A stretch of DNA of 64,000 bases from Ophelia neglecta (Eukaryota): contig OZ260662.1 in the NCBI GenBank assembly GCA_965285935.1, positions 7,936,001 through 8,000,000 of the forward strand. Direction: 5' to 3'. A program made the position numbers and the translations under genes. This document shows positions 25,501 to 39,000 of the stretch, piece after piece. The notes beneath the pieces were generated by a model. It made no database searches, was not told the origin of the DNA, and saw only the letters and a program-made list of their open reading frames with translations. How positions within the stretch are numbered: position 1 is the first letter of the stretch; each line of letters starts with the position of its first letter.

Positions 25501-28500
25501 TCCGCTGGTAGGGCACTAGTAGGTTTACCAGCTGGTGGGAAGCTTGAAAGTAGCTAGTGGGTTTAACAACTAGTAGGTGGCTAGTGGGTTTATCCGCTAG
25601 TAGGTAGCTTGTAGGTTTATCAGCTGGTAGGTGGCTAGTGGGTATATCCGCTAGTAGGTAGCTTGTAGGTTTATCAGCTGGTAGGTGGCTAGTGGGTTTA
25701 TCCGCTGGTAGGTTGCTGGTAGGTTTATCAGCTAGTAGGCAGTTAGTGGGTAAGTCCGCAGGTAGGTAGCTACCTGTTTTATCTGCTGGTGGTTTTTTGT
25801 CATGATGGGGAAAAAACTGACCATCAAGGAGGAATTATAGGGTTTAAACACAGAAATACTTGGTCTGATGCATATAGTTGGAAACAAACCTGTGTCATTC
25901 CATAACGATCTGCGCCGCTGCTGGTGAGAGTGATGTGAGTCACGTGACCAATTACCTTGTTTGTTAATAACAACATGTCTGTGACCCTAAATAAAACAAT
26001 GTCAACATATCATATATATGTATAGAAGAAATAGCATGACAAATACAAAACATAATTCTTAGTGGATATGAAAAAATTAATCCTTTGTCCGTAGTTCATT
26101 AGCTGGTACGTATAATAAGCTGACATAGTTTATTAGCTGCATAGTTTAAATTTTATTAGCTGTATAGTTCTTTAGCTGTATAGTTCATTAGCTGGTATAG
26201 TTTACTAGCTGGTATAGTGTATTAGCTGGTTTAGTTTACTAGCTGTAAAGTTTACTAGCTGGTATAGTTTATTAGCTGGTATAGTTTACTAGCTGGTATA
26301 GTGTATTAGCTGGTATAGTTTACTAGCTGTAAAGTTTATTAGCTGGTATAGTTTATTAGCTGTATAGTTTTTTAGCTTTATAGTTTTTCTTAGCTGTATA
26401 GTTTATTAGCATTATAGTTTATAAGCTGGTATAGTGTATTAGCTGGTATAGTGTATTAGGTATAGTTTATCAGCTGTATAGGTTATTAGCGGTATAGTTT
26501 TTAAGCGGTATAGTTTTTTAGCTGTATAGTTTATTAGCTGTATAATATATTAGCTGTAAATTTTACTAGCTGAATAATTTATTAGCTGTATAATTTATTA
26601 GCTGTATAGTTTATGAGCTGTATAGTTTGTTAGGTCTATAGTTTATTAGCTCTATAGTTTATTACTGGTATATTTCATTAGCTGTTATGCATCTTTCTTC
26701 TTTAGTTTATAAGCTAGTATGTAGCTAGCAAGTTACTAGCAAGGAGCTAGTAGGTTTATCAGCTGGTTGGAAGCTAGTAGGTTTATCAGCTGGTAGGAAG
26801 CTAGTAGGTTTATCAGCCGGTAGGAAGCTTGTAGGTTTATCAGCTGGTAGGAAGCTAGTAGGTTTATCAGCTGGTAGGAAGCTAGTAGGTTTATCAGCTG
26901 GTAGGAAGCTAGTAGATTTATCAGCTGGTAGGAAGCTAGTAGGTTTATCAGTTGGTACGAAGCTAGTAGGTTTATCAGCTGGTAGGTAGCTAGTAGGTTT
27001 ATCAGCTGGTAGGTAGCTAGTACGTTTATCAGCTGGTAAGTAGTTCGTAGATTTAATCTTTCGTCTGATGCTTGTTTTAACATTATTGCTCATGGTGAAT
27101 GAGCACAACCAAAATTTTTAATAGGTATAAGAGCCTTTCTTTTAGCACACCACAAAATTATAAGTCGCTCGGTTCTTGTCTAGTACGTCTGCTTAGCCAA
27201 CGATTGATGGGTTGTTAATAAAATCACAGTTAACCTACATCCCGAGAGTAGTTTGGAACCCAGTGTCCCATAGTTGAATTCCTCCTTCGGTGTTGCCTGT
27301 CCCATGGAGAGTGAGGTATGGTGGGTCGATAGAATCATAGGCAGAATCTATACCAGTGTTCAGTGTTATAAGAAACAGCTCTCCTGCAACAGAAACTAGG
27401 TTATTTGTTGAGTATATTGTAAATTAAATCAGGTCAAACTGCTTAATTTCCTTTGACCCTTAACGGAGGACATTTATCACTCCACCCACGGGTTTATATG
27501 GGGATAATTTTCAAACACTCGCCTTCAGGATCCTCAGGACATTGCCCTTGTTCGAACGTTTAAACGTTAGATAGTTAGATTAAAGTTGCTGTCACACTTT
27601 AGTGTATAGAGCTAATGTGTGTCTGGCGTATTGAAAAATTGGGTGTACGTTCGCGTAAGTTGCCTTTCGTTCGTGACACGTTTGACATACGTTGTATTCG
27701 TAAGCTGTTCGTAGGGGTTCGCTGGGGTACGCTGGGGCCAATTTTTTCTTTAACATGTTCAAAATTTTGAGCGTGTGACAACGTAGTGATCAATAAACTA
27801 TATATAAGTTGAGCATTCGCTGTGTGAACGTTTCGCACGTTGGGTTTAGGTTTCTTCTTCGTCCGCTCTTCGTCCAAATATATCCAACTCACCCGGAGGA
27901 GGTCTGACTACGTGAGCCGTGGTCAGGACCAGGCTGAGATATGTTGGAGGTGACAGAGGAGGTCGGACTATGTGACCCGTGGTCAGAAGCATCGGAGTCA
28001 TGAGGTAGGCCTAGGGAAGGGGTTGGGGATATGGGTGAATCTGGAGTGCGTGAAGGTGATGATCCACGGAGAGGCGCCCTCTTGGCTGCCTGCTGGCTTG
28101 GCAGGCTAGGCTGTCTGCTTCTTCCTCCTCCTAGCAAACTGGAACTCGATAGCGGAACTGGTCTGGAGATGTTGAGGTAACTTGGTGAAGTGTGACGACG
28201 GGGACTTGGAAAGCGTATTTATGGGTCAACCGAGATCAACGTCACGTGATCGGCCGTTTTGCGCTAGGCATTTGTTGGGCATTCGCTGGTCATTTGTTGT
28301 GTACGCTCAGCATTCGTTGGATGGACGCTACGCGTGCGCTGTCATTCGTTACTATGAACGCTAGTTATACGATCAGCATTCGTTCGTCATTCGTTTGGCA
28401 ATCGCCTAATACGCCGGGAATTCGTTAAGGAACAGATTTTGGGTCGAGAATTTTAGCGTATTGGACTTTGCCAAATTTCGAGAGAAATAATCTGTACGCT

Positions 28501-29222
28501 AGGCATACGTTAGCTCTAAACGCTAAAGTGTGACAGCGCCTTAAATAAAGACGGTCTGTGAATATTAAACTTCACAAAGAGACTTGGAACTGATATCTTG
28601 TTCTGAGTGACCCAGCGGCTCTGAATAATTTCCGATATTGTTTCAACCTGCCGAAAAAACGCCAAAACAAATAGGACAAGCTGTATTCTCCATTTGGCAG
28701 AGTTTCAGAACTTCAAATGAGAAAGTTCCAGATAACTTAGTACTAAGCTGACAGTGTCCTGGCACCAACTTATGGACGGTTTGTGAATATCAAATTTCAC
28801 AAAGGGACTTGGAACTAATATCTTGTTCTTAGTGATGCACACAATGATGCTGACAATGCAAACGATTCAGCCTCTAAATACAGACGGGTGCAATTTTGAA
28901 GCAAGTGACCTATATCATATATCTTTTTTTTTTGCAGATTTGTGTGCTCCAGGGAAAGAGACATCCTATTGTTTCGATCTCAAGAATTGTGTAACCAGAC
29001 TTGCATAAAATTGTTCTTTATAAAACCTTTTTTTATATGATGCCCTATATAAACATATTCTTTTCTGAGTAAAGACTCAAATGACTCTCTTGTGAAGAGT
29101 TCAAATGTGTTTTATAGAATTTCAAATGGCCAGGTTGAAGAGTCCAAAATACTCCGGTGAAGAGCAAGACATATAACTGCTCCGAACGCCAGTAGCACAG
29201 AAATACATCGACCTAACAGCAT
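22523..29222 (-). CDS. Gene 3: PLAT-like + PAN-like paralog (~239 aa)
   Basis: Minus-strand exons: 27383-27239 (ELFLITLNTGIDSAYDSIDPPYLTLHGTGNTEGGIQLWDTGFQTTLGM), 25986-25890 (VTDMLLLTNKVIGHVTHITLTSSGADRYGMTQ), 24026-23921 (MSLQNVLTGEVCLVICVPSCGVDTGDSQWPNSSSI) and 22824-22523 (TTGC...CAQTCLSLSECRAF...HCCEQ...KGG*). Candidate exon 1 is 29222-29153 (MLLGRCISVLLAFGAVICLALHR, phase 1, weak GTATTT donor) and is less certain. Confidence 0.82.
24550..25790. repeat. Degenerate 27-bp minisatellite in gene 3 intron 3 (copy at ~38088-39328)
   Basis: Unit approximately GCTAGTAGGTTTATCAGCTGGTAGGTA, with variant blocks. Confidence 0.9.
26090..27050. repeat. 16-17-bp minisatellite followed by a homogeneous 27-bp minisatellite in gene 3 intron 2 (copy at ~39628-40588)
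   Basis: TAGCTG(G)TATAGTTTAT repeats to ~26690, then GCTAGTAGGTTTATCAGCTGGTAGGAA repeats at 26745-27050. Confidence 0.9.
27584..28541. mobile_element. Non-autonomous PIF/Harbinger-like DNA transposon (copy at 41122-42079)
   Basis: ~50-bp TIRs (GCTGTCACACTTTAG.../CTAAAGTGTGACAGC) with TAA on both flanks. A Ser/Pro-rich coding-like remnant lies inside on the minus strand. Confidence 0.75.
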
Positions 29223-30751
29223 ATGCTTGGAAATATTTCATAAACGTGTAAAAACGTATGTTAGATACCTTTTGGCCAATATGTTATCTATTCAAAGCAA
29301 TGATTGACTCACACAAAGAAATCAGATTATTAAAATCAACAATTGTGTGACAAAAACGAAATTTAAAGATTAAATGTATAATATATCTGAAATTTTGGTA
29401 TGCTACTGAGCATACATTTATTAAAACATAATGCCCACTATAGTATTTACATGTATTACAACTGTACTAAAAACAATGTCCTTACTAGTCAGTGTGTCCC
29501 TAATTGTCAGGTGTCCTTTAGGCCAGGTTTTACTGTATTAATCTTACTTTTAGATTCTAGTAATCGGAATGTACCAAAGCATAGAATAGTTACATGCACA
29601 TAAGCTATGAATAAGACATAATTGTACAATAAATGAATTTTGTTTGAAAAAAAATTAACATTTTCGGTACATGTAGAACTTACCAATTAAAAGGGCTAAA
29701 ACAGAACAACTTGTTCTAACCCTTTAACCCTCAGTTTATTAAGCTTCCCTAGTCGAGGTCGATATTTTGTTAACCTGTCCTTTTACTGGGTTTTAGGAAG
29801 CTGGGTTTGGCTTTAAACCTAGCAAGTTTGGTCTTTTAAATAAACCTGGTCAATAAAAACACTGATAAATGCGCTCTCGGCTAACCGGATATATGTTAAT
29901 CTGATCCCAAAACGTAAGGCCACTTCTAGAAACCGGGCCCACGAGACTATATTGAATCGTATCTTAATTGTTTAATATAAAAATATAAAAGCACACGTTC
30001 CAGAACGAGGTACGGGGCGTGGTTTATTGCCTTTCAACGATTGTGATCAGCTGATTTGCCGTAACAACCTTTAATGATCGAAAAGAATGTCCTTGTTGGT
30101 ATGAAAACATATATAAGAAATGAAGCACGATGTTCCCACCACTAAAAGCCGGGACGTACGTACTATTCCTGTGTGTGATAAGATTCAAAGAAGTTTGGGA
30201 ATTCATTATTTTGTGAAAATACTCAACTCAATAAACGAGAATCAGTGAACTACATAGCATTCAGATTATTGAAACACTCTATTTTTATAACTATAAGTGA
30301 TCATTTCTTCCTTCTTACAAATGTTAGGACCCTGGGGCTTGTTTTATATAAAGTTCAATGGAAGCATGTGTCATTTGTTGATATACTACTTTTGAAGTTT
30401 CAGCTTAAAAAGCGTCATGTGTGAAAATATTCTGGTTGTATTTAATGCTATATGTGTTCTGCGTCATTGAAGGGTTGCTGAAAACCTCAACCAATCATTG
30501 AAAGGCATGGCCAGACGATTGTCACTTTATTTCCATAAAATCGGTCATTCTCAAAGGTAACATCTATTTCATCAGTCTTGCATTCGGCAAATGCTTTTTA
30601 CGCACCTGGTACAACATGAATTATATTCCGAGACGTTCGAGTTAGTTTGATATATGTATTTACAGGACGCGTGTGAAGTGTATTCTATTATCTACTCCCT
30701 GGACGAGGACAGTGTTATCACGATCCGGAATAATCCAGAATGATAATAAAA

Positions 30752-31218
30752 GCACGAAACATGGCCGAGGGGTTAGAGCTTCGGCCTCGCCAGTGGTAGA
30801 TCGGAGTTCAAATCTCGATCGCGTCAAACCCAAGACGTCAAAATAGGTACTGATAGCTTCCCTGCTAGGCGCCTGGTATTTCGGGGACAGTATCAGGACT
30901 GGTCAACCCGGTGTCAGTATAATGTGACTGGGTGGGGTTCCCTGTCTGGTGTCTACAGCAGGTACTCCAGTGACCCGGTGTCAGTATAATATGACTGGGT
31001 GGGGTTCCCTGTCTGGTGTCTACGGCAGGTACTCCAGTGACCCGGTGTCAGTATAATGTGACTGGGTGGGGTTCCCTGTCTGGTGTCTACGGCAGGTACT
31101 CCAGTGAGGCAGCACTATAAAGAGGGCATTGGGCCCACTGTCACAAGTAGGGACCGTGGCGATATGACCATGTTAGTGGTAATAAAAAAAACCAAAACAA
31201 CCGAACCAAACAACCAAC
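30752..31218 (+). mobile_element. tRNA-derived SINE with triplicated 67-bp core
   Basis: A/B boxes; core units start at 30906, 30973 and 31040; AAAC/CAAC tail. Confidence 0.85.
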
Positions 31219-31677
31219 ATACTGGACAAACTAAAGGCAGTCACGAACCGTAACAACCTGATACGTGAAGATTGATATAAACCCGACACATTGGCTTTCC
31301 ATAGCGAACTATAACAGAACTCGTCCCCTACAACGATAATGAGCACGAGTGAATGTTCCCTACCGAAAAAAAAGACATTAATTGACCGCTGGCGACCGAC
31401 ATTCTACACGCGTCAATGATCGAACAATAGGATGTGTTTATTATGCAGAATTAACCTGGCATCCCGTCAAAAGATGGTGGGAAGGGAGAGACAGTGTGTG
31501 GGTGGCGAAAGCCGCATGGCCTCTTAAATTGAGCTAATATGAACACAATAATAACCCAACCCTTACCCATTTATATCAAAAACAGAATTGAGATGTCTGG
31601 GTTAGGGTTGGGTTATAAAATAACTTATATTTTAGATTATTGTGTCAGCAATGCTGACGCCGTTCACACAAAGCCAG

Positions 31678-31711
<34 letters not shown>

Positions 31712-32152
31712 GGCTTGAGGGATTTGGCGATTTCCCGTGTTTAGGTACGAGGAGCGGGCGCAGGGGGCTTGGGGACGCTTAAAGTGGTTCTGAGAGGACA
31801 TATTAGAGGGCGGCTATCGGGCAGAGGGAGACGGAACAGGGAGGGTAGCGCCTTTGTGTTGAAATATTCTTGTAACCACATTCATACCAAATAACCAAAT
31901 GCACAGGTATATTAACGGCATAGTTTTAGGGAGTTATTTATTTTTGTGTGTTGTTGGCTATTTATTCGTCACTCAACTCCGACTTGAATCTCTAGTATAT
32001 TTATAACAATTTGTTGCTTCCCCAGGACGCAAAACACCGGTTTATAAAGCCCAGGGATCTTGTTATCCTGGGTTTTAGTGGGGAGACCTTTCTCCCAGGG
32101 AATCTTCTAATCTTATACACAGGGTATCCAGTACCGTGTGTATTAAAAATAA

Positions 32153-32915
32153 AAAATCAAAAAAAAAAACTTTGTCAACAGCCTTAAGAAATTCGTCTGA
32201 TATATACATTACAGACAGTACATACAGTAACAAAGGTATAGCTAGTGATTTAATCACAGTTATTTTGCCTTTTAAAGAGAGAACTCTGGGTCTCCAGGAA
32301 TTTATACGTTTATTTAATTTATTTAATCTGTCTTTATAATTGATTTGCAAAACAGCTTCATAATCCACCCCAAACCATATACCCAGAGTTCTGAAACAAG
32401 TGTTAATCCACGAAATTCCCAGGCCCTTGGGCGGGCGACTGTCTTTAAGACTACCAATAAAGATAGCTTCCGTTTTCTCCGTATTAACTTTGAGCCCTGA
32501 ACATGCATGACATTGGTTTAGGACCTGTAGAGATCTAGTTAGCGACTCGGTGTCCTGGAGGGTCAGAGTGGTGTCGTCGGCTAACTGCATTATTTTCAGC
32601 TCCGAGTTGTTTATTTTTATACCTGTTATTGTTGCATCATTTCTAATGTTTATGGCTAACAACTCAACCACCAAAATAAAAAGGAGGGCACTTATTGGGC
32701 ACCCTTGTCTGATGCCTCTTGTTAACAAAAAAAGTTTGAGGATTGACCATTGTTGGTCACACAGCTTTCTATGTCATGATAAAGAATTTCAATCCATTTT
32801 ATGTAGTTTTCGCCAAAATTAAAACTTTTCAAGGTTTCTCGCAAAAAAGACCACCTTATGGTGTCAACTGCCTTTTCGAAGTCGACCAGGGCGACTAGGC
32901 CTGGTCTTTGGTTGG
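32153..32915 (-). mobile_element. L1/Tx1 RT fragment duplicated at the junction
   Basis: Same sequence as 18632-19375, but it retains 18 nt (LSVMYI) missing from the first copy. Confidence 0.85.
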
Positions 32916-35900
32916 ATTATTATTATTATTTTTATTATCATTATTATTATGTAATGGATAAAAGGCAGTTTAAGCCAATTTGATCTTAACCTTAATCCTG
33001 GTGAAGGAATACACTGATTAACAAGGTTTCAGCTAGGCAATAGGCTAATCGTACAAATATGCAAATTATTAACAAGCTATTTGTCATAGGGTGGCTCTCA
33101 TGCTAGCGTCTAAATAAGTCTTAAGAGAGTCTCCCTGACCTAAATTTTTATTCGTTTGGACACACACAATGTTTCATTATGTTTATATGTAGTTTGCTTA
33201 CATTGTACTTTTATTGTCCACTTCATTTGTATGTATTTTCATGGTATATTTTTGGTTGAATAAACGGTATGAAAATAACTAATCTATTCCATAAACTTAA
33301 GACTGCTTCCAGAAAGCAGGCCATGCTGATGGTTCCTTATGAATTCGGAAAGACCAAAGAATAATCAATTATTTTGAATTGTCTGTTATGTGTCAGCTCC
33401 CCGGTGTATACTTCAAGTTTATGTTTTCATTAACTATTATTTGCATTACAAGTTTATCATTTGTTTGGGAGCTGGCGATTGATGTATTAATTAACGTGTT
33501 TGGGGGCTGTGGCTGCTGATAATTCTTGTCCGATTTGATGGACTACTGTTTAATCCAAGGCGGGGACCTCCATAGCATCAAAGATCAACTCAAACAAACG
33601 TCTGACTGCAAGTGATCAATCTTCAGTGTGTGTTATTTAAGATTATAGATTTGCCAGTTGATGTTTGTTTGTCAACAGCTGACGGCTACTGGTGCCTATT
33701 TCATCCTTTCATGCCAAACCAATACTTATCATCTAGGTGCTCGCATAAATAATCGCTCTTACGGACATTTTCCGGAAGTCGTCATAAAAAACGTGCCCCA
33801 CAATGCCTGAAATAGTGATGATAACATTACTAGTGACACGTAGCTGCCCAGTGGGAGTGAGCATGCGACAGATCAAGATTCCAAGCGCGTGCCGTGATGT
33901 CCCAAACAGATCTATTTAACAACATTGTATTGGATTCCTGCTTGACTGTTAATGGTATCACTTCTGAAAATATACTTATACCCATTCCCCCCATCACAAT
34001 CTGGTAAAAAAATCAAACGTGCAGAAGGCTTAGGTCAACAAGGAAAAACATATTTCTGCTCTGAAAGAAGATTGTCCATTCTACAGGCGCCTTATTTTTG
34101 AAAGTGGAATAGTTGTACACATTTATAAGTTTTGGTGAAAATTGCAATATAATTGTTAATACCAAACGAATAATTTTTAATCGTGATATGAACGCCCAAA
34201 AAGCGACGGGAATTTCTTTTTTATCTTTTTACCTATGTGAAAAGAGTTATGTTTCATAGCATGTCCGTTCTTTGGCATTTTAAAATAAACTAAAGGGAGT
34301 GCTGAAAATAAAACATACTGCGGAGACGACAGTAACTGCAATGGTTCATCTACACTTGGTCCTGACTTGATGTTTCCTTCGTAGCAGAGTACACAGCTCC
34401 ACTCTCTTCGCCTGTAGCAGATGCGGAGAAGCTATGCGATAAGCATTAGCCTCTGCTGCGAAGGGTAGACTTGATGGGGCTCTAAGTATTTGTTTTATAT
34501 AGAGTTGATCAAAGAAAATACCTTTTAAATTGTCGTCATTCTGAACACGCTTGTAAGGGCAACCACGAATTGTACGTTGTCGGCTTTATGAAAGGTTAAA
34601 CAAACGAACAGCAAACACAACGCATAGCCTTATGTCGACAAGGTTAAGCAAAAACCGATACATCTATCTGTAGGTTTAATTTGATTTCTCGCTATGTAAT
34701 GGCGACCTGACCGAAGGCCTAAAAGTGTATGTCAATTTTTAAATGTGCCTACGGCTAAATTACGAACATGTAATGAATTTTGTCAAATAAATTATTTTAT
34801 TAAAACATCTGTATTCAAAAACATAAATAGGCGTTTTTTGTTAGCGACATTACCAACGAAACGAATATTGTTTATGGGCTAGTCGAAGGTCGAAATTAAA
34901 AAACCACGCCATGATTCAGCAAGAGGATCTCTGGAAATATATCGCAGCATTGGAGAAACTTCCTTTTTTGTATGGTACTATTTCTGATAATATATGTATA
35001 CACATTTCCGGATCACTATCTGGTAAATGATAAAAAGGAAACAAAAAAACAACTTAACATATAGGTTTTCTTACCGTGAGAAAGGTGGACATAGGGGTAA
35101 TCAAAGACAAACGTGTCCCGGTGATGACAGAAACTATAGGAATAGCTATACAGGCTGGCCATGCGGTGTGGCCCTGATTATTATTAAAACGTTTTAAAAC
35201 ATTTACACTGCCGTGCCGGTTGTGTTGGATACGGGGTACATCGCTGTCAGCGACATCAGAGTTTTTAGTATAGTATTTCTACCGAAAGAAGAATCAAAGC
35301 ATATCATGGGAGTATGTCTATTGTAAACCCTAACTCAATCCATCGTACAAAGCACTAAGCCACTTCTTGGCTGTTATTAGTACGTACCTGACCAAATTAA
35401 CCTTACGTGTACTGGGCCACCTCTTGGCTAAGAATTGTTTTATAAATGCTCAAACTCAACTCATAAAGCTGCTGTTATGACATGAAACGACCACAGCCAA
35501 TGTGATATGTTCAACCAGTGTGAAACACAAGATAATGCGTACGTCCCTCCCACTGTAATCTCATATATTAGCACGTGGGTGCGCACTTGTAAGAAGAAGA
35601 TCAGGACAATAAAGAGTATCACAGCAGCAAGCTCGTTCATTTTATACGTAGGGTTTACAATAGATATACTACTATTATATGGTTTGAAGCTTCTTTCACA
35701 GGTTTAGATTTAAAGCCAATACTTTATGAGTCAATCTTCTTGTATGGCAAATACATTGCATTCTAGTTACTTGGTCATTTACACAATATGACAAGATTTT
35801 AGGCCCTGTCTGCGTCTAAGGCACAGTAAACAAGACAGAATTCAAAACAAACATCATATATGTACCTCTTTAAAAATAACTTGATATCGTGAAGGTATGA

Positions 35901-36061
35901 AAAAAATATCAAATACTTGGCAAACTATTTTGAAAGAATGCTTTATCAATCATAATTTCTACTGTGTTTCCTTATCTGTGTCAAACAGATACGTTTTGCA
36001 ATATACATTAAGACAAACAGTGATGTTTCTAAAACTGTGTGGAAAGTGTACAATCAGCATC

Positions 36062-39000
36062 TTAGCCACCTTTGACAAATATTTGAATCATTCCGGCTTC
36101 ATACCTAACACCTATGTTAGTTGGAATAGTGAGTTGCTCACAACAATGCGAATGTTTCAGGGATGACTCGAAGATAAAGGCGCGGCATTCCGACAACGAG
36201 AGACAGGTTTGGGCGCACCGGATCCGGGAACAATGCCCACCGATACTGTCCATCCCTATAGCTGAAACCATCTTCTCGACGACGGGGAAGGGCCTGAATA
36301 CGGACTTCGCCATGTGACCAGTGACCGTCGACAAGTGGGCAGGGGAAGAGCAGCCCGTGGTCACTGTGAGGATAAAGATAATTTTAGACAAACGCTGTGG
36401 GGCTCACAAAGCTAAAATCATTGTTTTCATCACAAAGCAGATGGCATGGCCTGTAGAAACAATGGATACACTCCCCACCCTTTTCCCATTCTCTTTTTAA
36501 AAACACGATATCGTGGAATCGACTTTAAAATTGCAACCTACAATCGCGACAACATATAGTCTCAGGTAAGACCCCATATCGTTTCGGCTTATTCGCGCAG
36601 TCAAAGCAACCAAGGATATTATAATCACCTGACATCAAACGTGCCATATTAGTAACTAAACAATAGTGAGGTTAAATGTTCTGAGTTACCGGGTATGTGT
36701 TATATTATGTTTCACTTGTATGAATATTTACTTCCAAATCTGGCTTCAATCTTACATATCGGATATCGTCCTATGTCATAAACTCTTAACTCGTGTTGGC
36801 ATTATTCCTTTGCCCCTCTAGTATAACCTCTAACCCATCTCTTGTATTAACCCTTACCCCCTTGCATTCACTTTTACCACATTTAGCATCAAACATTTCC
36901 CTGTTACTAGAATTCAGCATCTGACATTAAGAAGAAAGAAAAATATTACGTATTATGTTTAGTAATAGGGTTTGTTAACCCATTTACGTTCAAGTTTGAA
37001 TAGATAAATGTTAACAAATAAATTTCTGTTTAAAGCATATACTTAGTAAAGTGGGGAATGCTTAACTTCAATATCAGGGAATGTCAACAACTTAATAATA
37101 GTGCGGGAAATAGCTTATATGTTGGATGCGTAACCTGTTCATCCTAGCTGTGAGAAGCTTATTATATACACAATTTATACAGCGCTCTATCCAATAAAAT
37201 GCTCTAAAGCGCTTTACATAGTCATAAAAGTATACATTGCACAATTTTTGTTACACTATAAAAATTATGGCAGCTTAGATATCACAGGGTAAAAGTGAAT
37301 AAAATTTGAATGAATAAATAATGAATAATAATAAAGTATGACTGGGCATAAAATGCAGTAGGCCTATTTAAGAAAAAGATAAAAAGTTAATTTGGGTATG
37401 CTAATTTGAAAAGGTAAGGCTTTGGGTTCATTTTAAAAGTTTCTAGTTTCTAGCTTACCAATGCTGCTAGAGTTAGGCCATTGCGAATCTCCGGTGTCAA
37501 CACCACAGCTCGGCACACAGATCACAAGACACACTTCGCCTGTCAGAACATTCTGCAGGCTCATCTGTGTAAAGAACGACAATAGCATGGTATATTCAAA
37601 CTATATTTACCCTCGTCGGATCCGTCAAATATTTCCTATGAATTAAGTCCGTTCATTGATCTCATTTGGTCAGCTTGTTTTTATTGAGCACTGTGTATTG
37701 ACTTAAATTTGTATACTGTCGCTGCGAACAAGTTTATTATTCTGTATTTGGCAAATGACTTAGATAAACGGTCAATCGGTTTGTAAATATTTAATATCAT
37801 TCAGCCTCTTCAAAGAAATAGTTTGACTGTTTGCAACGACTCCATGCCTATTTTGTTCACTATTAAATAATAATGTCAGTGGCTTTGCATTGCCTTACTG
37901 CCAATTGCTTGGTGTTTTTAATAATTTATCATCATAATATATTTGTTATAATTCAATCAATATTGTGTGATTCAAATGAACTTGTCAGCTAATATGTGGT
38001 GAGTCAATGTCTTCTGATTTGTCTTTAGTATTTTACCAGGTTTGTTTTGATATGACATAGATATTGACCGGTGTCAGAAAATTGATCCGCTAGTAGGTAC
38101 CTCGTAGGTTTATTCGCTGGTAGGGCACTAGTAGGTTTACCAGCTGGTGGGAAGCTAGTAGGTTCATCGCCGGTAGGTAGCTGGCAGGTTTATCCGCTAG
38201 TAGGTAGCTAGTGGGTTTATATGCTGGTAGGGCACTAGTAGGTTTACCAGCTGGTGAGAAGCTAAAAGGTTTATCAGCTTTAAAATAAGCTAGTGGGTTA
38301 ACAACTAGTAGGTGGCTAGTTGGTTTATCCGCAAGTAGGTAGCTTGTAGGTTTATCCGCTAGTAGGTAGCGTGTAGGTTTATCCGCTGGTAGGGCACTAG
38401 TAGGTTTACTAGCTGGTGGGAAGCTAGTAGGTTTATCAGCTTGAAAGTAGCTAGTGAGTTTAACAGCTAGTAGGTAGCTAGTAAGTTTATCCTCTGGTAG
38501 GTAGCTTGTAGGTGTATCAGCTTGAATGTAGCTAGTGGGTTTATCCGCTAGTAGGTACCTCGTAGGTTTATTCGCTGGTAGGTAGCTAGTGGGTTTATCC
38601 GCTGGTAGGGCACTAGTAGGTTTACCAGCTGGTGGGAAGCTTGAAAGTAGCTAGTGGGTTTAACAGCTAGTAGGTGGCTAATGGGTTTATCCGCTAGTAG
38701 GTAGCTTGTAGGTTTATCCGCTGGTAGGGCACTGGAAGGTTTACCAGCTGGTAGGTAGCTGGTAGGTTTATCAGCTAGTAACCAGTTGGTGGGTTTATCG
38801 CCGGTAGGTAGCTTGTAGGTTTATCCGCTGGTACGTAGCTAGTGGGTTTATCTGCTGGTAGGGCACTAGTAGGTTTACCAGCTGGTGGGAAGCTAGTAGG
38901 TTTACCAGCTGGTGGGAAGCTAGTAGGTTTACCAGCTGGTAGGTAGCTGGTAGGTTTATCAGCTAGTAAGCAGTTGTTGGGTTTATCGCCGGTAGGTAGC

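Noticed and set aside
24550-27050. CRISPR-like periodic repeats
   Set aside because: The units are contiguous with no unique spacers, there are no cas genes, and the context is eukaryotic.
26725-27108. Repetitive ORFs (PADKPTSFL)n and (LASYQLINL)n, also at 40263-40646
   Set aside because: They result from a 27-bp intronic minisatellite that is open in two frames; there is no independent gene evidence.
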